This document shows, in pieces, positions 54,502 to 64,000 of a stretch of 64,000 bases of DNA. The stretch comes from a virus: the IMG/VR virus record IMGVR_UViG_3300045988_180644; one strand, written 5' to 3'. The notes beneath the pieces were generated by a model. It had not been told where the DNA came from, did not search any database, and was given only the letters and a program-made list of their open reading frames with translations. Within the stretch, counting starts at the first letter, position 1. Each line of letters begins with the position of its first letter. Position numbers and translations under genes: made by a program.

Positions 54502-55965
54502 ATGTTAAATACTATTTTATCGCCAGGAATTATTATAGGAGCCATCGTTATTATCATTATTGTTTTGATTATGTTGACTGGTTATGTCAAGGCATCGCCA
54601 GATACGGCGTATATTATATCTGGATTGAGAAAAGAACCAAAAGTTTTGATTGGTAAAGCAGGAATTAAAATACCTTTCCTAGAAAAGAAAGATGAATTGA
54701 ATTTACAATTAATTCCTATTGATGTACAAACTTCTAACGCTGTACCAACAGCCGATTATATCAATATCAATGTCGATGCTACAGTGAATGTAAAAATCAG
54801 TGACAAAACAGAATTATTGAATTTAGCTGCACAAAACTTTTTAAATAAATCGACAGAATATATTGCAAGAGTAGCACGAGAAGTCCTTGAGGGAAACGTT
54901 CGTGAAATTGTCGGCCGAATGAATTTGGAAGAAATGGTTTCTGATAGACAAAAATTTGCTGAATTGGTTAAGGAAAATGCAGAACCAGATTTGGCAAAAA
55001 TGGGATTAGATATCGTTTCTTTTAATGTTCAGAATTTCATGGATGACCAACAAGTTATTGAAAACCTTGGTGTTGATAATATTGTAAAAATTCAAAAGAA
55101 TGCAGCCATTTCTAGAGCAGTGAGCGAACGAGACATTGCAGAAGCCCAATCAAAAGCTTCACAAGAAGCCAATGATGCTAGAATTGAAGCGGAAACAAAA
55201 ATTGCAGAAAGAAATAATGAATTAGCCATTAAACAGGCAGAATTAAAGAAGGTTTCTGATGCAAAGAAAGCAGAAGCAGATGCTGCTTATAAGATTCAAG
55301 AAGAACAATCTCGTAAGTCTATTGAAATTGCCACTGCAGATGCTAACATTATGCGCCAAGAAAAGGAAATTGAATTAAGAAGAAAAGATGTAGAAGTCAC
55401 TGAACAAGAATTAGAAGCCAAAATCAAAAAACAAGCAGAAGCTGAAAAATTTGCTGCTCAACAAAAAGCTGATGCTGAATTGTATAAGCGTCAAAAAGAA
55501 GCTGAAGCAAGATATTTTGAGACTCAAAAAGAAGCCGAAGCTCAAAAGGCTCAAGCAGAAGCTATCAAATATCAAATGGAACAGGAAGCTGCAGGTATTG
55601 CAGCCAAAGGTGAGGCTGAAGCCAAAGCCATTGAAGCAAAAGGTATTGCTGAAGCTCAAGCTCTTGACAGAAAAGCAGAAGCTATGAAAAAATATGGAGA
55701 AGCTGCCATTGCTGAAATGTATTTCAATGCTTGGCCAAAAGCTGTTGAAGCCGCTGCAAAGCCACTTGAAAAGGTTGGTAATATTACTATGTATGGTGAA
55801 GGAAACAGTGCAAAGCTTATTGAGGACGTTATGAAAAGTACAACTCAAGTCAATTCAGGTTTAGAAGGAAGTATCGGCATGGGATTAAATCCAATGTTAT
55901 CTAGTTTGCTTGGAATCAAAGCAATGTCAACTTTATCTGATAATCAGCTTAATGAAGGAGAGTAA
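54502..55965 (+). CDS. floT: flotillin-like SPFH/band-7 protein
   Basis: N-terminal TM, SPFH domain, long AEAKA/EAEA coiled-coil repeats; 487 aa. Confidence 0.8.
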   Translation: MLNTILSPGIIIGAIVIIIIVLIMLTGYVKASPDTAYIISGLRKEPKVLIGKAGIKIPFLEKKDELNLQLIPIDVQTSNAVPTADYININVDATVNVKISDKTELLNLAAQNFLNKSTEYIARVAREVLEGNVREIVGRMNLEEMVSDRQKFAELVKENAEPDLAKMGLDIVSFNVQNFMDDQQVIENLGVDNIVKIQKNAAISRAVSERDIAEAQSKASQEANDARIEAETKIAERNNELAIKQAELKKVSDAKKAEADAAYKIQEEQSRKSIEIATADANIMRQEKEIELRRKDVEVTEQELEAKIKKQAEAEKFAAQQKADAELYKRQKEAEARYFETQKEAEAQKAQAEAIKYQMEQEAAGIAAKGEAEAKAIEAKGIAEAQALDRKAEAMKKYGEAAIAEMYFNAWPKAVEAAAKPLEKVGNITMYGEGNSAKLIEDVMKSTTQVNSGLEGSIGMGLNPMLSSLLGIKAMSTLSDNQLNEGE

Positions 55966-56112
55966 TCCCCTTCATTTTTTTCTGTATTTTTCGCACAAAG
56001 CAACATTTATATGATAAAATATAGACAATTTGAAATAGGTGTAGACACCTGGAGGGCAGAGAAGATACATATTTACTTATGTGTTTTCTCTGTCTTTTTT
56101 ATGGAGGTAGAA

Positions 56113-56412
56113 ATGATAAGAGTTAATTACGATTTTACTATCAAATCTTATTCACAGGGATATAAGGTTTATCGTGAGTTACATAAAATTGATAAAAAGG
56201 GAAACCCATTATATGATTTTTTAGGATATGCTACTGATATTCCACATGCTCTGGGAATGATTCAAAAACGCATGGAAAGAGAAAAAGTAGATGAAGGTGA
56301 TTGGACATTAAAAGAAGCAATTGAACAATTCAAGGCAATTCATGATGATTTATATAAGGATTTTTTAAGTATTGAACAAACTATCAAAAACCATGAAAAC
56401 ACTCACTCATAA
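56113..56412 (+). CDS. hypothetical protein
   Basis: start at ATG (MIRVNYDF) after GGAGG. Confidence 0.55.
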   Translation: MIRVNYDFTIKSYSQGYKVYRELHKIDKKGNPLYDFLGYATDIPHALGMIQKRMEREKVDEGDWTLKEAIEQFKAIHDDLYKDFLSIEQTIKNHENTHS

Positions 56413-56632
56413 TTGGATAAGATTTTGGATTGGCTACATAGCCATGTTTATGATTTTATGCATGGCTGATGTAAAAACTGGATTGTTCTTTTATGGACCA
56501 ATAGGGATTATGCATGGAATGTTGATAGGATATATCATATATCCAAATATGAATGATAAGAAGTTATATATTCCATACTATTTGTATTATATTTGGACAT
56601 TTGCTAACTGTTTATTGTTTATATACTTGTAA
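56372..56632 (+). CDS. small membrane protein (start uncertain)
   Basis: two TM helices; alternative start ATG 56393. Confidence 0.45.
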   Translation: MNKLSKTMKTLTHNWIRFWIGYIAMFMILCMADVKTGLFFYGPIGIMHGMLIGYIIYPNMNDKKLYIPYYLYYIWTFANCLLFIYL

Positions 56633-56727
56633 AATAAAAACAACAAAAACTAGATAATAGCATATCTATATTGACTGAAAACAGTTAATATGATATAATA
56701 TGTATACATTTGAAGGAGGTATGATAG

Positions 56728-57621
56728 ATGGCCAATAAAAGCTTTATTATTAATAAATTAAAAGAAAGATTAGCATGGATGAAGGAAAATACTGACTATA
56801 ATGTGGCATTTATCTGTCTTCAGGGAAGCCAAAATTATGCTATGGATACAAAAAAAAGTGATGTTGACGTTAAGTGCTTTATTGTTCCTACGCTAAAGGA
56901 CATGGTAAGCAATAAACAACCAATCAGCAAAATTTATACTATGGATGATAACAGCATCATTGATGTTAAAGATATAAGACTGTTACCTTCATTGCTACAT
57001 AAATGCAATCCATCTTATCTTGAACTTTTATATTCTGATTATTTTTTAACAAACAATTCTTATCATCGCGTACCGACTTTAAGATTGAAAAAACAGTTAA
57101 AGAAAGTTCGTCATGATATTTGCAATAGAGATGTGATGCGTTTTATGAAATGTTTAAAAGGGAATATTCATGATAGGCGTAAACATATGGAAAAAGAAAC
57201 AGAAACGACAGCTAAGGACATTGAAATCTATGGATATGTTCCTAAAGACTTTCATCATTTATTGAGATATACTTACATGATTGAAGAAATCAATAGACTT
57301 GGTAAAATCAAGTTTGAGTCATTAATGTCTCTTGATTTTTTAACAAAGCCGAAATTCAATGAATTAAAGCTCTACAAGACAAATCCAGTTTCAAAAGTGG
57401 AAGCCATGAGATTAGCAGATATGTATGTCAATAAAGCGGATAGAATTGTAGAAGAATTTGAAGCAAACTATAGTGGCAATATTAATGATGAAATTGATGA
57501 AAAAGTGAAACATTATGTCAATGAGTATGTAGAGTTCTGTATTGAACGTGATGTGATTACAGAATTCGTTGACAAGGTTCAACAAAAGAAATTAAAAGAA
57601 GTAGAAAGAGAAAGGAGCTAA
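56728..57621 (+). CDS. nucleotidyltransferase-domain protein (Pol-beta superfamily, ANT(6)/Lnu-like size)
   Basis: FICLQGSQNYAMDTKKSDVDVKCFIV = GS...D.D NTase motif; GGAGG RBS. Confidence 0.6.
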   Translation: MANKSFIINKLKERLAWMKENTDYNVAFICLQGSQNYAMDTKKSDVDVKCFIVPTLKDMVSNKQPISKIYTMDDNSIIDVKDIRLLPSLLHKCNPSYLELLYSDYFLTNNSYHRVPTLRLKKQLKKVRHDICNRDVMRFMKCLKGNIHDRRKHMEKETETTAKDIEIYGYVPKDFHHLLRYTYMIEEINRLGKIKFESLMSLDFLTKPKFNELKLYKTNPVSKVEAMRLADMYVNKADRIVEEFEANYSGNINDEIDEKVKHYVNEYVEFCIERDVITEFVDKVQQKKLKEVERERS

Positions 57622-57690
57622 GTTATAATTTTATAGAATCTGAAAAGCTACCTTTTATGGTGGCTTTTTTTTCTTAGGAGGGATACAAGC

Positions 57691-58191
57691 ATGACTTTAG
57701 AAGAATTAAAAAATATTAGTAATGAAATCAAGATAAGAAATAGTACAGGTACTCATATGATAAAGCATGTTTTTATTTATAAACCTTCAAAGAAAACATT
57801 TAAGACCTTTCAAAAATTAAATTTACCTTATATAAGTGACTTAATTCTTTCAATAGATGAGGACAAAAAATCATGCTTTCAGTTCTACTATGAGTCTCAT
57901 CTAGAGAATGAGTTTCATGGTGTTATAGATATAGAATGCAATGAAAATGGTTTTTGTTCCTATGTCTGTTTTAAAACAAGATACTTGAGAAAGAAATCTC
58001 CAAATAAGTATAGAGATTTATGCAATTTTGAAATATATGGCGTCATAAGGGGTGGGAAGTTATTTCAATATCAGGTTTATACATCGATAGCTTTTTATAA
58101 AGATGCTGATATTTGTCCGGGTTGTGGAAATATTAATTATTTAAGCTATCAAGAAGCGTTAAAAAAAAGAAATAGCTATTTACATGAATAA
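57691..58191 (+). CDS. hypothetical protein, paralog 1
   Basis: MTLEELKNISNEIKIRN... paralogous to next gene. Confidence 0.6.
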   Translation: MTLEELKNISNEIKIRNSTGTHMIKHVFIYKPSKKTFKTFQKLNLPYISDLILSIDEDKKSCFQFYYESHLENEFHGVIDIECNENGFCSYVCFKTRYLRKKSPNKYRDLCNFEIYGVIRGGKLFQYQVYTSIAFYKDADICPGCGNINYLSYQEALKKRNSYLHE

Positions 58192-58237
58192 CCCAGATTT
58201 TGGGCTAAGAAGAATGTATACACTGAAATAAAAGGAG

Positions 58238-58726
58238 TTGAAAAATATGACTTTAGAAGAATTCAAAAGTGTCAGCAATGAAATTAAATTAAGAAATATG
58301 ACATCTCAAAATATGATTCGACATTGCTTTATTTATAATCCAACAGAGGAAGATATTCAAAATCTTGTTAAGATGAAACTCATATATCATGAGCATAAGG
58401 ATTCAGATTTCTTTACATTTGGAAAGTGGAAGCGTCCAAACAATGAAATGATTTCCTTTTTGAATGTAAAGATAGATATTCAATGCAATGAAGAAGGATG
58501 TGTAGCTTATACATGCTTCTTTGCTACTGAAGGAGGAAATAATAATAATCGAGGATATCTGAATTTAAAAGAAAACGAAATCATAGGAGTTATTCATAAT
58601 CATCAATTTGGTTATTCAAAGTATGAGTCACTTAATTTTTATTTAGATATGTTATGTAGAGATAGAGAAACAAGACCTGATTTCTCTATATATCAAGAAA
58701 TTCAAAAAGCAACAGCTTTATGTTAG
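58238..58726 (+). CDS. hypothetical protein, paralog 2
   Basis: MTLEEFKSVSNEIKLRN... Confidence 0.6.
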   Translation: MKNMTLEEFKSVSNEIKLRNMTSQNMIRHCFIYNPTEEDIQNLVKMKLIYHEHKDSDFFTFGKWKRPNNEMISFLNVKIDIQCNEEGCVAYTCFFATEGGNNNNRGYLNLKENEIIGVIHNHQFGYSKYESLNFYLDMLCRDRETRPDFSIYQEIQKATALC

Positions 58727-58762
58727 AAAATTTATTGGGATTTTACCCAGGAGTGAAAGGAG

Positions 58763-59257
58763 TTGGAATTAAGAAATCTATTCCCTAATGAAGCTTTGGA
58801 TTTTACACCATGGCTAGCAAAAAACAATTTAATACCAGATATCATTCATACCCTCAACCTCTTTGATAATCCTATCCATCTCTATAAGACTGAAGTTTCA
58901 GTAGGAGACTATCGTTTAGATATGATTTACAAAGAATCTGGAGGGAAGGGGAGTCTGATAGTAGAAAATCAATATGGCGACAGCGACTCCCGACATCTCG
59001 GACAAATCATCGTTTATTCCAAGCTGACTCATATACCTAAAATACTGTGGATATGTGACAAGGTGTGCTTGGAGCATCGAAGAATATCCGAGAGTTTGAA
59101 TGGTATCGAGATAATCCCAGTGTCTATGGAGATTGTTCCTAGAGCAGAGGGAGGATACTTCCTTAAATCTCACATATATGGCAACTATAACCGAGTTTTG
59201 ACTTATCGACTTGGGGAAGATTGTGAGGTTTTGGGAAGGATTATAAATGGAGTGTAG
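58763..59257 (+). CDS. hypothetical protein
   Basis: 164 aa ORF. Confidence 0.55.
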   Translation: MELRNLFPNEALDFTPWLAKNNLIPDIIHTLNLFDNPIHLYKTEVSVGDYRLDMIYKESGGKGSLIVENQYGDSDSRHLGQIIVYSKLTHIPKILWICDKVCLEHRRISESLNGIEIIPVSMEIVPRAEGGYFLKSHIYGNYNRVLTYRLGEDCEVLGRIINGV

Positions 59258-59296
59258 ATATAATTTCTTTTGAAAAAAGCATGAGGAGGTAGGAGA

Positions 59297-59737
59297 ATGG
59301 AAATCACAATAAACTCAAATATATTAATTGGAAGTATTATTGCAATTATAGTCATTGTTTTTAGTCTAATAGGACTATTTTGTGATGAAGATGAAAAACT
59401 TCTGTCTCATATGGGATATTTTGCTTGTTTCTTTTTTGGAACATCAGCGTTAGCGTTAGTCCTTTTTGGAAACAGTGTATTATATTCTGAAAATACGGTA
59501 TTTCTAACAGAAATTCCTAATACTCATGAATATTATATTTATCATCAAGGAGATGAACAAAGTTCATTGCAGTATATGGAAGGAAATAAATTGATAACTG
59601 ACAAAGTCAATGATTTAGAGATTATCTATGATGCCAAAGATGAACCTTATATGGAAATAGAGGAAGGGAAAAGCATCATCAATCAGACAATAGAAAAAAA
59701 TGTAACTATTCATATGACTGTTGAGGGAAATGAATAG
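59297..59737 (+). CDS. small membrane protein, tandem paralog 1 of 5
   Basis: N-terminal TM helices + conserved C-terminal YxxxxxPYMEIEE...V.IH module. Confidence 0.6.
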   Translation: MEITINSNILIGSIIAIIVIVFSLIGLFCDEDEKLLSHMGYFACFFFGTSALALVLFGNSVLYSENTVFLTEIPNTHEYYIYHQGDEQSSLQYMEGNKLITDKVNDLEIIYDAKDEPYMEIEEGKSIINQTIEKNVTIHMTVEGNE

Positions 59738-59782
59738 ACTTGAGATGCCAAAATGGCATTTCAAGATGTGAGGAGGTAATAG

Positions 59783-60244
59783 ATGGCAAATGTAATTATT
59801 ATACTCGGAATAATTTTTTTAATCATTGGATGCGTTTATGCTATATATTGTTTCATAAATGAAATGGGCTTATATATGACGATATTCTTTTCTGTGTTTT
59901 GTTTGGTCATAGGTGGGATACTCATAAAAGATGGAATAGATAGGAAGAACGCTAAAGAACAAGAACAAATGAGAAACGAGATTGTTGATATTGATGAAAG
60001 AACTGTTGTTCTCAAAGAATTACCAGAGCAATCATCGTATTATGAGGTTCAGAATTTGTCTGGTGGTACAAAGATAAAATATTTGGATGGCAAAGAATTA
60101 GTGACCTTAAATATTGATAATTATAGAGAATTCTATGATGCTAAGAATCAACCATATATTGAAATCAAAGAGAGCAAAAATACATACGGTGACGTGCTAG
60201 AAACAAATGTTGTTATTCATTTGAAGGAGCTAGAAGATGAGTAA
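59783..60244 (+). CDS. small membrane protein, tandem paralog 2 of 5
   Basis: KYLDGKELVTL...QPYIEIKE...VVIHLKELE. Confidence 0.6.
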   Translation: MANVIIILGIIFLIIGCVYAIYCFINEMGLYMTIFFSVFCLVIGGILIKDGIDRKNAKEQEQMRNEIVDIDERTVVLKELPEQSSYYEVQNLSGGTKIKYLDGKELVTLNIDNYREFYDAKNQPYIEIKESKNTYGDVLETNVVIHLKELEDE

Positions 60245-60668
60245 TAATGAACTTTTCCTTTATATAGGATTCGCATGTTTCTTCTTTGCGTTTATAGCTT
60301 TCTTGCAATTTCTTCGGGATGATTATGATATTGTTATGAAGGAGTTTAGAGAAAGAGTATCCTTTTTCATCATTTCTATAATCGTAGGATTCTTATGTTT
60401 GATTCCTGTGACGACATCTACTCAGGAAAATACTATCAAACTCAAGCCTATACCTGAACAAGGAACTTATTACACGTATCAAGAGATTGATAAAACAATA
60501 CGATATTTAGATGGGAGCGAATTAAAGAGCATGAAAGCAAATAGCTGTAAGGTTCTTTTTGATATTAATGATGATAGGCAGCCATATATGGTGAAAACTG
60601 ATAATTATAATATTTATGGTAATAAAATTAAAACAGAAGTCATTGTTCATCTTAAATATAATTCTTAA
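60237..60668 (+). CDS. small membrane protein, tandem paralog 3 of 5
   Basis: RYLDGSELKSM...QPYMVKTD...VIVHLKY. Confidence 0.6.
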   Translation: MSNNELFLYIGFACFFFAFIAFLQFLRDDYDIVMKEFRERVSFFIISIIVGFLCLIPVTTSTQENTIKLKPIPEQGTYYTYQEIDKTIRYLDGSELKSMKANSCKVLFDINDDRQPYMVKTDNYNIYGNKIKTEVIVHLKYNS

Positions 60669-60676
60669 TAGAAGAG

Positions 60677-61102
60677 GTGATGATTTTGATAAGATTTAAT
60701 ATAGTCATGATTTTATGTCTTACAGGAATTTTGACTCTTTCTATTTATATGCATAAAAAAACTGAAGATAATTACTTTTTTCCTATTTTTACCTGTGTAA
60801 TAACGATTTTAGTTCTTGGATGTGCTTTAATAGAAAGTTGCATCACGTCTACCGAAGAAAGCATTGTTTATCTGGAACAAATGCCAGACGAATCCAAATG
60901 CTATTATCACTATACAAACAAAGAAGATAATAGAACAATAAAGTATTTAGATGGAGCAGAAATGGTTACATTGCCCGTTGACGAATACAGGTTATATTAT
61001 GACTCGGATGATAAACCATACATGAAAATTGAAGAAAATAAGAATCTTTTTGGTAGAACCGTTCAAACGAAAGTGGTTGTCCATCTGGAAAAATTAGAGT
61101 AA
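60677..61102 (+). CDS. small membrane protein, tandem paralog 4 of 5
   Basis: KYLDGAEMVTL...KPYMKIEE...VVVHLEKLE. Confidence 0.6.
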   Translation: MMILIRFNIVMILCLTGILTLSIYMHKKTEDNYFFPIFTCVITILVLGCALIESCITSTEESIVYLEQMPDESKCYYHYTNKEDNRTIKYLDGAEMVTLPVDEYRLYYDSDDKPYMKIEENKNLFGRTVQTKVVVHLEKLE

Positions 61103-61122
61103 TAAGAGTAACGGAGGTATAT

Positions 61123-61548
61123 ATGATAATAGCTGTAAGTCTAATATTAATGGGGATATTCTTATTTTGTTTATGTATTTATTTTATGTCCGAATTTTGT
61201 GATATGCTTGGGTTTATATGTGTTATTTTAGCCTCGATTTCTTTTGCTGTTGGGATTTTTTATCCAATAAATGAGAAAACAACAAAATACTATATCGTTT
61301 ATGAAATGAAAAATAATGAAAATGTAGCCTTGCTAGATAGCAACAGCGACGAATATATAATGAAGTATATAGAAGATAATGAATTGAAGACAATAGATGA
61401 AGACAAGTCTGATACCAAAATTTATTTTGATGCTGAAAAGCCATTTATCGAGGTGGAAAGAATACAAACTCTATTCTTTAGTGGGACGTCTATGAGCTTG
61501 CATTTTCAAACACAAAAACAGATGGAAAAATTGATAGAAAATGAATAA
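61123..61548 (+). CDS. small membrane protein, tandem paralog 5 of 5 (most divergent)
   Basis: same TM + C-terminal architecture. Confidence 0.55.
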   Translation: MIIAVSLILMGIFLFCLCIYFMSEFCDMLGFICVILASISFAVGIFYPINEKTTKYYIVYEMKNNENVALLDSNSDEYIMKYIEDNELKTIDEDKSDTKIYFDAEKPFIEVERIQTLFFSGTSMSLHFQTQKQMEKLIENE

Positions 61549-61575
61549 CCTTATCCTAAATAGGAGGAGTAATAT

Positions 61576-62277
61576 ATGGATAAAACAAATCAAAGTATCG
61601 AACAGATATTTACAGACCCAAAAAATCTTGATAACTTCTTAGAAAATCCCAAGGAGTTAGAATATATATTATACGAACTTCTGACTCAAGGTGATAATAT
61701 ACGTTTCATTCAAATACTGACATTATTAAAAAGAAGGTTAAATCAAATAACTAGAACGTCTGAAGAAAATAATGAAAAAGCATATAAAATTGGATGTGCT
61801 GAAGGAATGTTAAATCTCTGCATGAAAATTGTCACTTTTAATTCTGAAAAAGAAATGAAAGAAATGAATTCCTCTGAGAATTTAGTAGAGAATATAGAAA
61901 ACAATTGCTGGCATAGCACATTGGTAGACAATCCAGATGAAGATGGCCAATATTATGTTTTCATATCTAATTGTATGGATAACTCTAATGAAGTGCGCAA
62001 ACTTGAATATAAAAACAAGCAATGGGATATATCAGATAATGATTATGATAGAATTTTGGCATGGAAGCCTATAGCAAGAAAAATCATATTTGATGAAGAA
62101 GCATGGTTAAAAAATCATATTAATGAAATACAAACAGCTTTTCATAATGATAAAATACAATATAATGATTGCTTTATTGCAGAGACTTTAGAAGAGTGTA
62201 TAAGTGAATATGAATATTTCTTATGGGCAGGATATGTACGATTTATCGACGATATATTTGTAATAATAGTTATTTGA
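61576..62277 (+). CDS. hypothetical protein
   Basis: 233 aa ORF with GGAGG RBS. Confidence 0.55.
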   Translation: MDKTNQSIEQIFTDPKNLDNFLENPKELEYILYELLTQGDNIRFIQILTLLKRRLNQITRTSEENNEKAYKIGCAEGMLNLCMKIVTFNSEKEMKEMNSSENLVENIENNCWHSTLVDNPDEDGQYYVFISNCMDNSNEVRKLEYKNKQWDISDNDYDRILAWKPIARKIIFDEEAWLKNHINEIQTAFHNDKIQYNDCFIAETLEECISEYEYFLWAGYVRFIDDIFVIIVI

Positions 62278-62336
62278 TTCGCTTTTTGCTAATGTAAATT
62301 ATCCAAAGAAAGATAAAAAAGGGGAAAAGAAGACAG

Positions 62337-62720
62337 ATGAATAACAAAAAAAATTATGAAATCAAAACGGATGAAGATTACAATATCTATATATTGGCTA
62401 CATCCTATGAAATAGATGACCTTATTAAAATGAAAGAAGGGTTATTGTCTAATCCACGTGGATATTCTAAAAAGGAGTTATCTAAGGCAATAGAACTTTA
62501 TAATACAGAGGAGTTTATAAATATAAGAGAAGACCTTTTGAAAGATAATATTGTGGCATCCTATGAAGTAACACTTATTATTGATGATTTTGGTAAAGAC
62601 TTTTATTCGATTTATGATGAACCAGAGATAGATGAGTATTTAAAAGGATTTTCAAATGAAAGATTTCGTATAAAGAATATAAAACATTTAAAGGCTTTGA
62701 AAAGATATAAAAATTACTAA
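62337..62720 (+). CDS. hypothetical protein
   Basis: 127 aa ORF. Confidence 0.55.
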   Translation: MNNKKNYEIKTDEDYNIYILATSYEIDDLIKMKEGLLSNPRGYSKKELSKAIELYNTEEFINIREDLLKDNIVASYEVTLIIDDFGKDFYSIYDEPEIDEYLKGFSNERFRIKNIKHLKALKRYKNY

Positions 62721-63130
62721 TTGGTTTCAATCAAAAATAAGTATTAACAAAAACAAAAAAAACAAAATATCAGAGGTGATACAATGACTATAGGAGATAT
62801 AATACCTTTATTTCTTAAGCTATTTGCTCAATCGTGGGGACTCTGCTTTTTGGCTATTTTTGCATGTATGAGCCTAAGTTTCTTGTTTTTGATTATGATG
62901 GAACCAGTATTTAGAAAGTTAGATAAGAATACCTAACCAAAAGTAGATAGAATTTTTGAAAGGTGATGAAATGAATTATGTTTTGATGATGATAGTTTGT
63001 GGAATGATTGTTAATGGGTTTAGATTAACCATCAATAAAAAAATGGCTAAGGGCATGATAATGTACGCCTTAGCTATTGTTCTAACTGTATATAGTATTT
63101 CATGGCTTGGATAAAAAAAGAGATGGCAAG

Positions 63131-63622
63131 CTATTTGCCATCTTCTTCACCTGTAAAGAAACCATCTAATAAACTATCAATTTCTTTATCAAGTTTAGCA
63201 TCGTCTTCAACTATAGGAGTATAGTTAGAAGTTGATACTTTTTGCTGAGTGTCTTTATTGACATCATTCAACATTGCCAAAAGCTCCTCTTTAGAGAAGT
63301 TTGACATGAGTGCTCTAAGTAATGGAGCATTTTGTTGGTCAGCAGCCTTAATATGTGCTTCCAACATATCTGCATTTGCAGAAATTTTGGCTTGTTCAAC
63401 TTTAGCTCTTTCAACCTTAACTTTTTCTCTGTGAGCAAGTAAGTTAAGAACTGCACTTCCAATAATAGCAAAGATAGCCATTATGAATAAGATAATTAGT
63501 GCAATTTGTACCAAGTTAAACATTCCTTCAACATTGTTCATGGCAGCAGTATTTTCTGCGTATGCCTGTTCATACTGTGATGCTAAATCTGCATATGAAG
63601 ATAAAGTTATAAAGTTTGCCAT
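63131..63622 (-). CDS. membrane protein (single TM, coiled-coil)
   Basis: 163 aa; TM IALIILFIMAIFAIIGSAVL. Confidence 0.55.
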   Translation of the reverse strand: MANFITLSSYADLASQYEQAYAENTAAMNNVEGMFNLVQIALIILFIMAIFAIIGSAVLNLLAHREKVKVERAKVEQAKISANADMLEAHIKAADQQNAPLLRALMSNFSKEELLAMLNDVNKDTQQKVSTSNYTPIVEDDAKLDKEIDSLLDGFFTGEEDGK

Positions 63623-64000
63623 AATATTCTCCCTTCCGATACATTCAAATGAATATACCTCACCCTGGCAAAGAATATATATTTTATAGTTTATATATTC
63701 AGGTGGCCTAAATTTATTAGGACTTGAAATGAATAGTTGATATTTAATCCATAAATGATGTGAAGTGAAGAAAGATAAATATCAGACTCCCAAAACACAA
63801 AAAAGAGACTTTGAAATAAAGTCTCAAGTCGGAATAAATATACATATATATTATAGCATCAACATTGCTATTTGTAATAAAACGAAATATTTTAAATATA
63901 TATTTAGAAAATAACTAAAGTCATGCTTGATATGATAAAATAAAGATGTGGAGGTGGAACATGACAGTAAATAAAATCATAAAAAAAATCATTATTTATA

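Noticed and set aside
55411-55848. 145-aa minus-strand ORF (and 78-aa plus ORF at 55451..55687) inside the flotillin gene
   Set aside because: Antisense and alternate-frame artefacts of the repetitive AEAKA/EAEA coiled-coil coding sequence; low-complexity F/S/L-rich translation.

Overview
Low-GC (~30%) Firmicutes-type DNA that reads as a large phage or phage-plasmid rather than ordinary chromosome.

Main blocks:
- 1–32300, all on the minus strand: a run of about 50 mostly small genes. Recognisable products are a ParA/ParB partition pair, a RecD2-like helicase, RecJ, a 5'(3')-deoxyribonucleotidase, thymidylate kinase, a SprT-like protease, a standalone GrcA-like glycyl-radical protein, a radical SAM enzyme, two HslV/proteasome-like paralogs with an N-terminal Ser, a truncated ClpC-like AAA+ ATPase, and an LD-transpeptidase lipoprotein. 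A plus-strand HigB/HigA-like toxin-antitoxin pair is inserted at 19.6 kb.
- 32300–34800: a 2.5 kb non-coding, repeat-dense locus with 7 copies of the palindrome GGTTCATATGAACC plus CTATCAA and TTAATAGGA iterons, next to parAB. It looks like a centromere/origin region.
- 34800–45600, plus strand: DnaQ-like exonuclease, RuvC-like resolvase, a PP2C phosphatase, a SpoVS-like protein and a RepA_N initiator.
- 45800–48360: an array of 23 tRNA genes under a consensus sigma-70 promoter, with four more tRNAs at 50.1–51.8 kb. Some are atypical (see findings).
- 48400–64000, plus strand: an HD-GYP phosphodiesterase, a TerD-domain giant protein, flotillin, a nucleotidyltransferase, and a five-gene tandem array of paralogous small membrane proteins.

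What stands out:
- A 35-nt conserved promoter-like block followed by a hairpin and U-tract precedes the RBS of at least 10 minus-strand operons. This is a candidate antitermination-controlled regulatory circuit.
- Ser-nucleophile HslV-like paralogs, an orphan Clp N+D1 ATPase and a radical SAM cluster lie in the same island.
- Two GC-rich ORF-free blocks may encode large structured RNAs.
- Several tRNA genes are atypical.
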